Translations under genes and position numbers: made by a program | DNA from: an uncultured virus (IMG/VR IMGVR_UViG_3300025133_008129) | Lineage: Duplodnaviria; Heunggongvirae; Uroviricota; Caudoviricetes | IMG/VR virus record: IMGVR_UViG_3300025133_008129 | Direction: 5' to 3' (one strand) | DNA: 64,000 nt | The notes under the pieces: model-generated | Told to the model about the DNA's origin: nothing | Seen by the model: only the letters and a program-made list of their open reading frames with translations | The model's database searches: none | Shown: positions 18,118 to 27,561 of the stretch, piece after piece | Layout of the letters: each line of letters opens with the position of its first letter | Position numbering within the stretch: position 1 is the first letter of the stretch

Positions 18118-19043
18118 AAACCATCTTAGTAACCGGTGGCCATGGCCTAGTGGGGTCTGCTATCCGTAGCATCAGCAATTTATATCCACAATATAACTTT
18201 GTTTTTTCAGGACACAAAGAACACGATCTAACAGTTGAAGAAGATGTAAAGAGATTATTTGAAGAGGCCAAACCAGATTTTGTGATCCATGCAGCCGCAC
18301 GCGTTGGTGGGATAGGAAGAAACCTAAACTCCCCAGCGCAACAATACTATAGTAATATTTTAATGAACGCGTTTGTAATACACTACGCTCAGTTAAGCGG
18401 AGTAGAAAAATTACTAGCATTCTCATCAGTATGCGCATTCCCAGCCGGCTCCGAAAACATTCATGAAGATATCCTACACGATGGAGAGCCATATCCTGCT
18501 CACTACTCTTACGCATATTCTAAGAGAATGGTGGATGTTCAAATCCAAGCATACAAACAACAACACAAAGTTAATTATTGTTCTGTGATCCCGGGAAACA
18601 TCTTTGGTGAGAATGATAACTTTAATTTAGAAGATGGCCACGTAGTTCCATCATTGGTGCGAAAGTGTTTTCACGCAAAACAGACAAATACTCCACTGCA
18701 AGTATGGGGTGATGGAACACCATATCGCGAGTTCTTATATGCTAAAGATGTTGCAAAAGCTTGTATAGAATTAATAGAAAAACCAGGCGAACTTCCGCTG
18801 AGAGTCATTGTCTCCGGACAAGAAGAAACACAGATTAAAGACCTAGTGAAATTAGTTTGTGATGCCACAGGTTATCATGATGTTGAGTGGCTAACAGATA
18901 AGCCTAACGGACAGATGCGCCGACCAACAAACAAAGATGTTTTTAATAAAGCACTTCCAGATTTCGAATATACAGATTTAGAGACCGCTATGAAAAACAC
19001 CGTAAATTGGTTCGAGGAGAACTACCCAAACGTGAGACTATGA
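18114..19043 (+). CDS. fcl: GDP-4-keto-6-deoxysugar epimerase-reductase (Fcl/WcaG family; ColC-like in context)
   Basis: TGGHGLVGSA, AA-VGGI..N, SSVC, YAYSKR, HVVPSL, WGDG-P-REF. Confidence 0.9.
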   Translation: MKTILVTGGHGLVGSAIRSISNLYPQYNFVFSGHKEHDLTVEEDVKRLFEEAKPDFVIHAAARVGGIGRNLNSPAQQYYSNILMNAFVIHYAQLSGVEKLLAFSSVCAFPAGSENIHEDILHDGEPYPAHYSYAYSKRMVDVQIQAYKQQHKVNYCSVIPGNIFGENDNFNLEDGHVVPSLVRKCFHAKQTNTPLQVWGDGTPYREFLYAKDVAKACIELIEKPGELPLRVIVSGQEETQIKDLVKLVCDATGYHDVEWLTDKPNGQMRRPTNKDVFNKALPDFEYTDLETAMKNTVNWFEENYPNVRL

Positions 19044-20011
19044 AAAAAGCTTTAATTACAGGAATAAATGGCCAAGATGGCTCATACCTAGCAGAGCTTC
19101 TTTTAGAGAAGGGATATGATGTGCATGGGATCGTTAGAAGGAACTCAATACCAGAGAATCAAACAGCCAGGATCCAACACATATATGAAGATATCAAAAA
19201 TAATTTATATCATGCTGATGTGTGCGATATGTCTTCATTGTTATCTATAATTAATAAAACAAAGCCTGATGAAATTTATAACTTAGCAGCCCAAAGCCAT
19301 GTTAGAATTAGTTTTGATCAACCAAGCTATACACTCGATACAATTGGTACCGGAACACTTAATTTATTAGAGGTTATACGCTTGGTCAGTCCGGATACTA
19401 AACTATATCAGGCCTCAAGCTCAGAGATGTTCGGAAATTCCATAGATCCGGACGGATTTCAACGTGAATCAACACCAATGAATCCGGTAAGTCCATATGC
19501 TTGCGCCAAACAGTTGGCCTATAACCTCGTAAGGTGCTATAGAAATTCATATAATTTATATGCATCAAACGGCATTTTATTTAATCATGAATCACCCCGC
19601 CGCGGCGGCAACTTTGTAACTAACAAAATAGTGATTGGGGCTGTAAAGATAAAAAAGGGATTGCAAGATAAATTGGCGTTAGGAAATTTAGACTCCACAA
19701 GAGATTGGGGACATGCGAAAGATTACGTTAAAATAATGTGGCAGATTATGCAGCTGGAGCATCCCAGTGATTATGTGTGTGCAACAGGAAAGTCTCATTC
19801 AGTCAGAGAATTTGTAGATCTTACTTTTAGTAAGTTAGATCTGGATTATAAGGACTATGTTATCCAAGATCCTCGATTTTTCCGCCCTAACGAATTACAT
19901 GACCTGAAAGGAGACACTGCTAAACTAAAAGAAGCAATAGACTTAAAATTTACATATACATTTGATATAATGATAGATGAAATGATTGATTATTGGATGG
20001 AGAAACTATAA
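19040..20011 (+). CDS. gmd: GDP-mannose 4,6-dehydratase
   Basis: ALITGINGQDGSYLAE, NLAAQSHV, QASSSE, P-SPYA-AK, NHESPRRG, RDWGHA-DYV. Confidence 0.97.
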   Translation: MKKALITGINGQDGSYLAELLLEKGYDVHGIVRRNSIPENQTARIQHIYEDIKNNLYHADVCDMSSLLSIINKTKPDEIYNLAAQSHVRISFDQPSYTLDTIGTGTLNLLEVIRLVSPDTKLYQASSSEMFGNSIDPDGFQRESTPMNPVSPYACAKQLAYNLVRCYRNSYNLYASNGILFNHESPRRGGNFVTNKIVIGAVKIKKGLQDKLALGNLDSTRDWGHAKDYVKIMWQIMQLEHPSDYVCATGKSHSVREFVDLTFSKLDLDYKDYVIQDPRFFRPNELHDLKGDTAKLKEAIDLKFTYTFDIMIDEMIDYWMEKL

Positions 20012-20563
20012 ATGGTTAAATTAAACCTAGGTTGTGGAGATAGAAAAATCCATGGGTTTATAAATGTTGATGCGCGCGAAGATGTTTCACCTGATGTAAT
20101 ATGCGATGTGACTAAAATACATGAAAAATTCAGAGATGCAGACATTATATATGCATGCCACGTATTAGAACACTTCCCAACAAAACCATTTACATTCCAA
20201 AAAATCACATGGGAAGAAGTGCTGCTTAGTTGGTTTCTGGCTTTGAAGCCTGGTGGAAAACTCAGGGTTTCAGTCCCTGATATTCGGGCTGCTTGTGAAT
20301 ATTATTTACGAACTAATGATTTTGAGAGTGTAAGAGCGTTTTTTTATGGAGGACAAAAATATGATTTTGATTTTCATTATCATGGGTGGTCTGAAGAAAC
20401 ACTTACAAAGGCACTCAAGAAAGTTGGTTTTACGAAAGTAAAAATATATGATTGGAAGAAAACTGAACACTTTTATATTGATGATTATAGCCAAGCATAT
20501 TTGCCACATATGGATAAAACAAATGGCAAGCTGATGAGCTTAAACATAGAAGCAACAAAATAA
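20012..20563 (+). CDS. class I SAM-dependent methyltransferase
   Basis: LNLGCG motif I, HVLEH, LKPGG-L-V-VPD. Confidence 0.85.
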   Translation: MVKLNLGCGDRKIHGFINVDAREDVSPDVICDVTKIHEKFRDADIIYACHVLEHFPTKPFTFQKITWEEVLLSWFLALKPGGKLRVSVPDIRAACEYYLRTNDFESVRAFFYGGQKYDFDFHYHGWSEETLTKALKKVGFTKVKIYDWKKTEHFYIDDYSQAYLPHMDKTNGKLMSLNIEATK

Positions 20564-20573
20564 GGAAATTAAA

Positions 20574-21737
20574 ATGGACATTACTTACCCGCTAGCAAAA
20601 GAGACTATCAATGACGAAGATATCAATGCACTTTGTGATTGGTTGAAGGGCTACCCTCGCCTGACCAAAGGTGCTCTTACATGGAAAGTAGAAGAGGACT
20701 GGGCGAAATACATAGGAACCTCCTATTCTGTTTTTAATAATTCAGGATCGTCCGCCAACCTACTCATGGTCGCTGCGGCCATACAGTGCGGGCGCATCGC
20801 GAACAAAAAGATTGTAATTCCCTCAGTCGGCTGGGTTACCACGGTCGCACCGGCAATGCAACTTGGTTTAGAACCAATAATGTGTGGTGCTGATCCAGAG
20901 ACATATGGTATGGATTTAGACCAACTTGAGACAATATGCGAAGAGCATAACCCTGACGCCGTGATGTTCGTCCAAGTATTGGGAATACCACACCATAAAG
21001 AGCGTCTGCTGGCTCTCAAAGAAAGATATGGATTCACCCTCTTAGAAGACGCCTGCGCCGCCCTGGGAGCATCCTACAGCGATGGAACAATGGTGGGAAC
21101 TATTGGAGAAATGTCGACATTCTCATTCTATTTTGGCCACCAGTTATCAACCATTGAAGGTGGAATGGTTAATACTGATGATAAAGAACTATATGATATG
21201 CTATTAATGCTCCGGAGCCATGGCTGGGCAAAAGATTTAGACGAAGAAACACGCAATAAAATGATGGCTGACCATGGTATTGATGACTTCCACTCCCCAT
21301 TTACCTTTTTTATCCCAGGATATAATCTGAGATCCACCGATCTTCAAGCATTTTTAGGAATAAGACAAGTTGAAAAGGCCGAATGGGCAGCAACAAACCG
21401 AAATACGAACCATAAACTATATGCAGAAAAACTAGAAGGGGTGGTAGAATTTCAAAGATGGGGTGAAAATAATCCTGTTTCTATCTCTTTCGGAGCCCTC
21501 GCAAGGAGCACAACACAAAGGAAAGAAATAGTAGATAGATTGGTAGAGAATGGCATAGAGACAAGGATCTTCAGTGCTGGAAACCTTGGCCGCCACCCAT
21601 TTTGGACTGATAAATATCCAGTTTTTAAAGATAGGGTGAGTGATAAAATACACGCGTGTGGATTCTTTTTACCTAACTATCCTGAACTAACTGAAAAAGA
21701 AATTGATTTTATTTGTAATGTCGTTAAAGGAATTTAG
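20574..21737 (+). CDS. colD: PLP-dependent DegT/DnrJ-fold enzyme, ColD-like GDP-4-keto-6-deoxymannose 3-dehydratase
   Basis: NSGSSANL, EDAC-ALG, SFYFGHQLSTIEGG with His at the usual PLP-Lys position, GYNLR-TD; sits beside gmd and fcl. Confidence 0.8.
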   Translation: MDITYPLAKETINDEDINALCDWLKGYPRLTKGALTWKVEEDWAKYIGTSYSVFNNSGSSANLLMVAAAIQCGRIANKKIVIPSVGWVTTVAPAMQLGLEPIMCGADPETYGMDLDQLETICEEHNPDAVMFVQVLGIPHHKERLLALKERYGFTLLEDACAALGASYSDGTMVGTIGEMSTFSFYFGHQLSTIEGGMVNTDDKELYDMLLMLRSHGWAKDLDEETRNKMMADHGIDDFHSPFTFFIPGYNLRSTDLQAFLGIRQVEKAEWAATNRNTNHKLYAEKLEGVVEFQRWGENNPVSISFGALARSTTQRKEIVDRLVENGIETRIFSAGNLGRHPFWTDKYPVFKDRVSDKIHACGFFLPNYPELTEKEIDFICNVVKGI

Positions 21738-22474
21738 TGCGTATCTTGGTTATAGGAGAGAGTTGTAAAGACATTTACCAATATGGTGATTGTATAAGAC
21801 TGTGCCCCGAGGCGCCAGTCCCTGTTTTTAGAAGCGGCGAACTAAAAACCGAGAATCCAGGAATGGCGAAAAATGTTTGGCGGAACATAAAATCTTTAGT
21901 AGATTTTGATGTCGATATAGAGACTAATGAAAACTGGCTTAGTATCACTAAGACTAGATGCGTAGATAGTAGAACAAATTATATCATAGTCCGCATCGAT
22001 GAAGGAGATGATAACTACTCTCGGTGTGATGTAAAAAGTATCGAGTACCACAAATATGATGTCATAGTTATATCGGATTACGATAAAGGATTTCTAACAG
22101 AGTCAGATATCGAATATGTTTCCAATCAACACTCGACTACTTTTTTAGATACGAAAAAGATACTCGGAGAATGGTGTAAAAAAATCAAGTTTATTAAAAT
22201 AAATGAATTTGAATACGAGAGAACAAAGCACAAATTAACACCAGAACTAATCGAAAAGATGATAATAACTCTCGGACCCAATGGAGCAAGACACAAAGGT
22301 ATCGGATTTCCAGTACCAAAGGTAGAAATAAAAGACACTTCAGGCGCCGGCGATACGTTTGTTGCAGCATTAGCCTCGTCTTATGCGACAACAAAAGACA
22401 TTTTTAAAGCAATTGAATTTGCAAATGAGAATGCTACTAAAGTTGTCCAGCGAAAGGGTGTAAGTACCATATGA
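21737..22474 (+). CDS. PfkB-family sugar kinase, HldE/RfaE domain I-like
   Basis: VIGE..D-Y-YG...RL-PEAPVP, G-A-NV, SDY-KG, D-SGAGDTF. Confidence 0.85.
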   Translation: MRILVIGESCKDIYQYGDCIRLCPEAPVPVFRSGELKTENPGMAKNVWRNIKSLVDFDVDIETNENWLSITKTRCVDSRTNYIIVRIDEGDDNYSRCDVKSIEYHKYDVIVISDYDKGFLTESDIEYVSNQHSTTFLDTKKILGEWCKKIKFIKINEFEYERTKHKLTPELIEKMIITLGPNGARHKGIGFPVPKVEIKDTSGAGDTFVAALASSYATTKDIFKAIEFANENATKVVQRKGVSTI

Positions 22475-22866
22475 CTAAGGCTGTCTGGACCAATGGGTGT
22501 TTTGATATATTACACCGCGGCCACATTGAAATGCTTCGATATGCTAAATCTTTGGGCGACTGTTTAATAGTTGGAATTGATTCAGATGCAAAAGTAAAGT
22601 CAGACAAGGGAGAAGAAAGGCCATATAACAATGAAATAGATAGAAAATTTATGTTGAAAGCAATAAAATTCGTTGATGAGGTGGTTATATTTGATTCGGC
22701 TATTAAGTTAGAGAACTTGATAGAAAACATAGCACCATATTACATGGTTATAGGATCTGATTGGAAAGGAAAAAAAGTTGTAGGACAACAACATTGCAAA
22801 GAGCTTAAATTTTTTGATAGAATCAGTAGCTATTCAACAACAAATATACTGGAGAATAATAGATGA
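22471..22866 (+). CDS. cytidylyltransferase-like nucleotidyltransferase, HldE/RfaE domain II (HldC)-like
   Basis: TNGCFDILHRGH (HxGH), KG..RP, G-D, C-terminal STT. Confidence 0.88.
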   Translation: MTKAVWTNGCFDILHRGHIEMLRYAKSLGDCLIVGIDSDAKVKSDKGEERPYNNEIDRKFMLKAIKFVDEVVIFDSAIKLENLIENIAPYYMVIGSDWKGKKVVGQQHCKELKFFDRISSYSTTNILENNR

Positions 22867-23198
22867 CATATGTATTTGATATTGATGGCACCTTATGTAT
22901 AAAAGATGCGTCAGCGCCTTATAGCGACGCTTTGCCCTTATCTCAGAGAATTAACATGGTGAATAATTTATATGATGCCGGCCACACTATAATAATGCAA
23001 ACCGCCCGCGGAATGGGAAGACATAGTAATAACCAACAACTTGCAATACAACAATTTTATGCGCTAACGGCGGAGCAACTTAAGGATTGGGGAGTTAAAT
23101 ATCACCTTTTATTTTTAGGAAAGCCGGCAGGAGATATTTATATAGATGATAAGGGGATTAAAGATGAAGACTTCTTTACCGATGATACACGTCAATAA
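22863..23198 (+). CDS. HAD-superfamily phosphatase (capsule-biosynthesis type)
   Basis: FDIDGTLC, TARG, GKP..D-YIDD. Confidence 0.85.
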   Translation: MTYVFDIDGTLCIKDASAPYSDALPLSQRINMVNNLYDAGHTIIMQTARGMGRHSNNQQLAIQQFYALTAEQLKDWGVKYHLLFLGKPAGDIYIDDKGIKDEDFFTDDTRQ

Positions 23199-23523
23199 AG
23201 GCTGGGGCTGGGAACGATGGATTGTTAACAATGAGGAATATTGCGGAAAATTGTTATTCTTTAATAGTGGGAAAAGGTGCTCATGGCATTACCACAAATT
23301 AAAAGATGAAGTATTCTATCTACAATCTGGGAAAATGATGATATACTATTCAGATGAAGATGATTTATCTGAAGCGATACAACTGGAATTAAACCCAGGA
23401 GACAACTTTCATGTATATCGAGGGCTTAGACACCAAATGCTAGCCATAGAAGATTCAGAATTATTTGAATTTTCAACACAACATTTTGATTCAGACAGCT
23501 ATAGAATTTTAAAAGGAGATTAA
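23164..23523 (+). CDS. cupin-domain protein (sugar isomerase-like)
   Basis: KGWG-E-W, CGK-L, S-HYH-LKDE-F, H-M, EFST-HFD-DSYR. Confidence 0.85.
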   Translation: MKTSLPMIHVNKGWGWERWIVNNEEYCGKLLFFNSGKRCSWHYHKLKDEVFYLQSGKMMIYYSDEDDLSEAIQLELNPGDNFHVYRGLRHQMLAIEDSELFEFSTQHFDSDSYRILKGD

Positions 23524-23524
23524 A

Positions 23525-23728
23525 ATGCAATTATCAAATCAAGCACTGGGAGCAGTAATGATGGCCCTACAGGAGTCATTATTAAACCAATTAGACATAG
23601 TACCAATTCTTAGAGGATTCGAACTCGAAGAAACAACGGAAGGCCTAATTGTTAAAAATCCACCAACCGTCAGAGTTACAGATCAGAGCGAGATCACAAA
23701 AGAAGACTTATTGAATAGAGTAAAGTAA
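23525..23728 (+). CDS. small hypothetical protein
   Basis: 67-aa ORF with AGGAG RBS. Confidence 0.75.
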   Translation: MQLSNQALGAVMMALQESLLNQLDIVPILRGFELEETTEGLIVKNPPTVRVTDQSEITKEDLLNRVK

Positions 23729-23730
23729 GC

Positions 23731-23985
23731 ATGCCTAGATATCACTATAAGTGTAGTCTGTGTGAAAGTGAAGTAAGTGTGATCCATTGTTTTGATGATG
23801 TATATACTGAATGTGAAAAATGCGAAAGCACAGGTTCAATGCACAAGATGATAACTCGTCCTAATATAAAAGTTAATAATAGTGATTATTATTCTAACAA
23901 GGTTGGCAATTTAACAAAAGAATATATTGAAATTAATAGAGAAATATTAAAGAAACAAAAGAGCGAGACAAATGAGTCGACTTGA
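23731..23985 (+). CDS. FmdB-family zinc-ribbon protein
   Basis: MPRY-YKC..C and C..C pattern. Confidence 0.8.
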   Translation: MPRYHYKCSLCESEVSVIHCFDDVYTECEKCESTGSMHKMITRPNIKVNNSDYYSNKVGNLTKEYIEINREILKKQKSETNEST

Positions 23986-24316
23986 AATAATAACATCTAT
24001 ACTTTTAGTTATATCAACAATATTTAGTGTCGGTATGTTTGTTTATACAAGGACAGTAATAGTAAAACTGCTGTCTGTATCGGAAGAATTAGGAGACTTG
24101 CAGGAGATGATTAATATTTTCACCAACCACACTAGAGATGTTTATGAAATGGACATGTTTTACGGCGACGAAACACTTAAAGGGTTGCTTGAACATGCAA
24201 CATCCTTGAACGAACACATGGCTACATTTGAATATATCTATAATTTAACAGAAGAAGCAGAAGAAAAAAAGGAGACAAGTGAAACAGACAACAGAGCCAC
24301 TCAAGAAGAAACGTAA
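23972..24316 (+). CDS. hypothetical protein with an N-terminal transmembrane helix
   Basis: Hydrophobic IITSILLVISTIFSVGMFVY followed by a helical region. Confidence 0.7.
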   Translation: MSRLEIITSILLVISTIFSVGMFVYTRTVIVKLLSVSEELGDLQEMINIFTNHTRDVYEMDMFYGDETLKGLLEHATSLNEHMATFEYIYNLTEEAEEKKETSETDNRATQEET

Positions 24317-24983
24317 GAAAAATTATTATTTCACCAAAGAACACGAAGATGCAATAGTACGATACTCAAATACTAATTGCAAAAAAGAAAGGACAGATTT
24401 ATATGTAAATTGGATCCAGCCGGCATTCAACGAAATGGTTGATAAAATTGTTTTTACGTATAAATTTACTAATTTGCCAAATATAGATTATCTTAGAGAT
24501 GAATGCAAGATTTGGTTAATGACAATTCTTGATAAATATGACCAATCAAAAGGCTCCAAGGCCTTTTCATATTTTAGTGTTATCACGAAGAATTGGTTTA
24601 TTCATAAGGTTAAAAAACAACAAAAGCGGAACAGAAGAGAAATTGATTTTGGAACAATATCAAAGTCATATGAAGAACAATACTTATCTACCAACGAATC
24701 ATATGTAACCGAGAGAGAAGAACAAGAATTTTGGGATCTCTTCTACAATGAGTTAAAGTCATGGGATACCGCCCAGATGAAAGATAATGATTTGAGGGTG
24801 TATAAAGCTATAACCATACTTTTTGAGTCAAAAGAAGATATTGAAATTTTTAATAAGAAAGCTATTTATCTGTACCTGCGAGAAATTACTGGATTAAACA
24901 CCAAGCAAGTGGTAAATTCACTAAAGAAATTTAGAAAGAAGTACTCTAATTTCAAGCAAGACTGGGAGAGCGGCGACTTATGA
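24279..24983 (+). CDS. phage sigma-factor-like transcription protein (probably late)
   Basis: YF..E.AI..Y, region-2-like K-D..KG-KAFSYFS.I.KN, C-terminal HTH-like YLREITGLNTKQV; precedes the structural module. Confidence 0.65.
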   Translation: MKQTTEPLKKKRKKNYYFTKEHEDAIVRYSNTNCKKERTDLYVNWIQPAFNEMVDKIVFTYKFTNLPNIDYLRDECKIWLMTILDKYDQSKGSKAFSYFSVITKNWFIHKVKKQQKRNRREIDFGTISKSYEEQYLSTNESYVTEREEQEFWDLFYNELKSWDTAQMKDNDLRVYKAITILFESKEDIEIFNKKAIYLYLREITGLNTKQVVNSLKKFRKKYSNFKQDWESGDL

Positions 24984-25288
24984 AAAATAAAAGTATTGAG
25001 GATTTAGTGGATGAAGCGCTTACAAACATCCGTAGTGATAGAAAAATTACTAGGGAATTCCTTAATGATATTGCAAACACTTTGGCTAATGACACGGAAC
25101 AATTAAAATACCTAAGCCCGGTAGCAGCTAAGCACATAGAGACACTCCAAAGATCCAATGAGCAGTTAGTTAAGATTATTAATATAAGACAGAAAAAGTC
25201 TGAAGAAAGCATAAGATTTTCAGACGAAGACACAGCTAATTTGTTCGATATAATACAGGGTGGAGTAGATGAGCGAAACCCAGAATGA
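24980..25288 (+). CDS. hypothetical helical protein
   Basis: 102-aa ORF translationally coupled on both sides. Confidence 0.75.
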   Translation: MKNKSIEDLVDEALTNIRSDRKITREFLNDIANTLANDTEQLKYLSPVAAKHIETLQRSNEQLVKIINIRQKKSEESIRFSDEDTANLFDIIQGGVDERNPE

Positions 25289-26355
25289 GTAAGACCTTTA
25301 TTGATCCAGAGAGCGTATTAACAGATCCTAAAGGTGCGTTCGATATGTTCTGTCAAGCAGCTAAATCGGTGGCCCCCTTTGATTTGCTAGAAAACCCCGG
25401 TTATCGCAGCGCCGTCGTTGTTCGGGGCGCCCAAGCTCTCAGTCATGCCGAAGCCTCTGGACTGGGGTTGGTTCCCATGTCTGGTTCATCTAGAATCGCT
25501 GCTTTTTCATATATAGCAAGGCTAGAATCAGAGTGGTGCGAACATTGGCTCCTGCCAAACCCTTGCAGCCCCGCCTCATCAAATTCGATTTTTACAGATC
25601 TCGAAGCCTCCCACATAGTGGTTGTAGGCCACACAGATACGCAATACGGAGCTTCAATTAATATAAACACTGGCGATTTTGTTGATATAAATTTAGAAAA
25701 GGGAGGGTTTTTAAATAATCTTCAAAAAGCACGCCACGCCGGCATGTCAAAACGAGGTAAAAATATATCAAGATATTACAGTTGCCTGGACACGTCAGGA
25801 GGAATCGCGGGGGCATTCAATGGCCTCCCCCCAGCAACAGTCCCCCCCTCCCCATCTCAACTCGACTTCCTAGCAAAATTGAATGCTATACTATCCGCGG
25901 AATATGGTTGGCCAGAAGCAATAGTTACATCCTGGACCAGATCAATAGAAAAACAAATATCTCTTATGGTGGGTAAAACCCAGTCGGAGGTCTCAGCTGT
26001 ATATGGCGCCTCCACCGCCGCACTCGTGCTCACAGCCCGGTCCGGCAACACCGCCCCCCTCGCGGACTATATAAGAAAAAACGGAAAGGGTTTTAACCAC
26101 ACCACTGGCCTCGCTTTAGATCTTAGGACTAGTGATCATACAGATGATGAACTAAATAAATTAATAAAAGCGGTAGAAGGCGCCGGCGGCAGCGCACTCT
26201 TAGAACCCCAGTCCACCGGCTGTTTTAATAAGTCTGGCAGGGTTAGTAGTTCAGATACAATATCTCGAAATGACGCCGCCGGCCAAGGCAAATGCGGCAA
26301 GCCCAACACAGAGCACTTACATGTGACAGTACCTGAAGTTGTTCCAATTGTATAA
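25285..26355 (+). CDS. virion-associated protein with a C-terminal M15-type Zn peptidase (peptidoglycan hydrolase) domain
   Basis: VTSWTRS..Q, HTTGLALDL (HxxxxAxD) and EHLHV (HxH) motifs; position in the baseplate module. Confidence 0.7.
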   Translation: MSKTFIDPESVLTDPKGAFDMFCQAAKSVAPFDLLENPGYRSAVVVRGAQALSHAEASGLGLVPMSGSSRIAAFSYIARLESEWCEHWLLPNPCSPASSNSIFTDLEASHIVVVGHTDTQYGASININTGDFVDINLEKGGFLNNLQKARHAGMSKRGKNISRYYSCLDTSGGIAGAFNGLPPATVPPSPSQLDFLAKLNAILSAEYGWPEAIVTSWTRSIEKQISLMVGKTQSEVSAVYGASTAALVLTARSGNTAPLADYIRKNGKGFNHTTGLALDLRTSDHTDDELNKLIKAVEGAGGSALLEPQSTGCFNKSGRVSSSDTISRNDAAGQGKCGKPNTEHLHVTVPEVVPIV

Positions 26356-26372
26356 AACACCCTAAGTAAATT

Positions 26373-27536
26373 ATGACAAAAAAGAAAAAAGCATTCGTTA
26401 AACCAAAACACACTGAATCTGAGCAACTACTGTACGACAGGCTGAAAGCAGTTCGTGATAAGTCCGCAGCCGCATATGCTTCGGAAAATTCGGTCTTCGA
26501 ACCACTCGGTGAGAGCAACCCAGGAGGAAACCCAGAATTTTCGGATTGGTTAGGCGATGACTCATCACAATCAGATGAAGAAAGGGCAGATGCAAACTCA
26601 GCATATTTAAACGAATCCTTGCCGACCGGCGAAAGTATACAAGCGATACCAAGCAATTCCGGAATCTATCACACTGTGGTTCCGATGAAGGATTTGAGCT
26701 TCAAAATCGCACAAAATGAATCTGTTATGCAACATGGGGGATGTTATATTACGATGGGCACTGACCGCCCAACCACAGTAATGAGTGGGTATGGTGCAAA
26801 GGGATTTCAAAACGCTAGCACAATTGACTTGGTTGTAGGTAGGGGCGCCGGCTCTAGGGGAACAGACGGCCCCAAAGAAGGAGCGGTGGTAGATAACAAC
26901 CCAGTAGCGGATGCTGCAAGAATTTATATAAGCCAATTAACTGACATCGATGTCAATTTTGGCCTCGCTGAATCGGTGTCTGGAGTAGCAACCGGCGGTT
27001 CCGGAATAGCAGTAAAGGCAGACGATGTTCGAATAATAGGAAGAAGAAGTATTAAAATTGTGACTGGAAAGACGCAGGGCGCCCGCGGATCCGGACCCCA
27101 CGGCGAATGGACATCATTAGGATTTTCGATGCACCAGCCAGCGCCCTCAATTGAGCTTCTAGCAGGAAATACATCACAAGAAAGAGTAGTATGGGGCGGC
27201 CTTTATAATCCGATAGAGAAGATCTCTACTGTCCAGAGAGCTTGTTTGGGCTCTAACACCCGAGATGCCTTATCAGAATTAAATAACACTGTAGGAGAAT
27301 TATGGAGTGCTGTATTTAACTTGGCTCTTATTCAGTCTGGCTTTAACTCTATTGTAGGTGTTGATCCTGTGAGGCCATGGGTGGCCGCGGCAGCCCCAAC
27401 AGTTGGAATCGCAGCCCTACAATATGTGTTAGACAGTTTATGGCATACCAAAGTTAATGCAATATTGTGGGATTTGAATTATCTAACGCCCTATGGATAT
27501 AAATTTATTTGTAGCACAAATGTTAAACTGTCGTGA
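26373..27536 (+). CDS. putative baseplate hub/spike-associated protein
   Basis: Gly-rich beta repeats (I-LVVG, DAARIYISQ-TDID, I-VKAD-VRIIGR..IKIVT); position between the lysin and gp25. Confidence 0.5.
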   Translation: MTKKKKAFVKPKHTESEQLLYDRLKAVRDKSAAAYASENSVFEPLGESNPGGNPEFSDWLGDDSSQSDEERADANSAYLNESLPTGESIQAIPSNSGIYHTVVPMKDLSFKIAQNESVMQHGGCYITMGTDRPTTVMSGYGAKGFQNASTIDLVVGRGAGSRGTDGPKEGAVVDNNPVADAARIYISQLTDIDVNFGLAESVSGVATGGSGIAVKADDVRIIGRRSIKIVTGKTQGARGSGPHGEWTSLGFSMHQPAPSIELLAGNTSQERVVWGGLYNPIEKISTVQRACLGSNTRDALSELNNTVGELWSAVFNLALIQSGFNSIVGVDPVRPWVAAAAPTVGIAALQYVLDSLWHTKVNAILWDLNYLTPYGYKFICSTNVKLS

Positions 27537-27561
27537 GCATATTAGTTAGTGAGAAAAAGTA

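Noticed and set aside
20574..21737. Perosamine synthase-type aminotransferase
   Set aside because: The PLP-binding Lys is replaced by His, which fits a ColD-type dehydratase.
4495..23523. Bacterial O-antigen or capsule locus
   Set aside because: No flippase, polymerase, chain-length regulator, exporter or priming transferase is present, and the flanks are phage genes (PhoH, nuclease, gp25, gp6) with the same strand and style.
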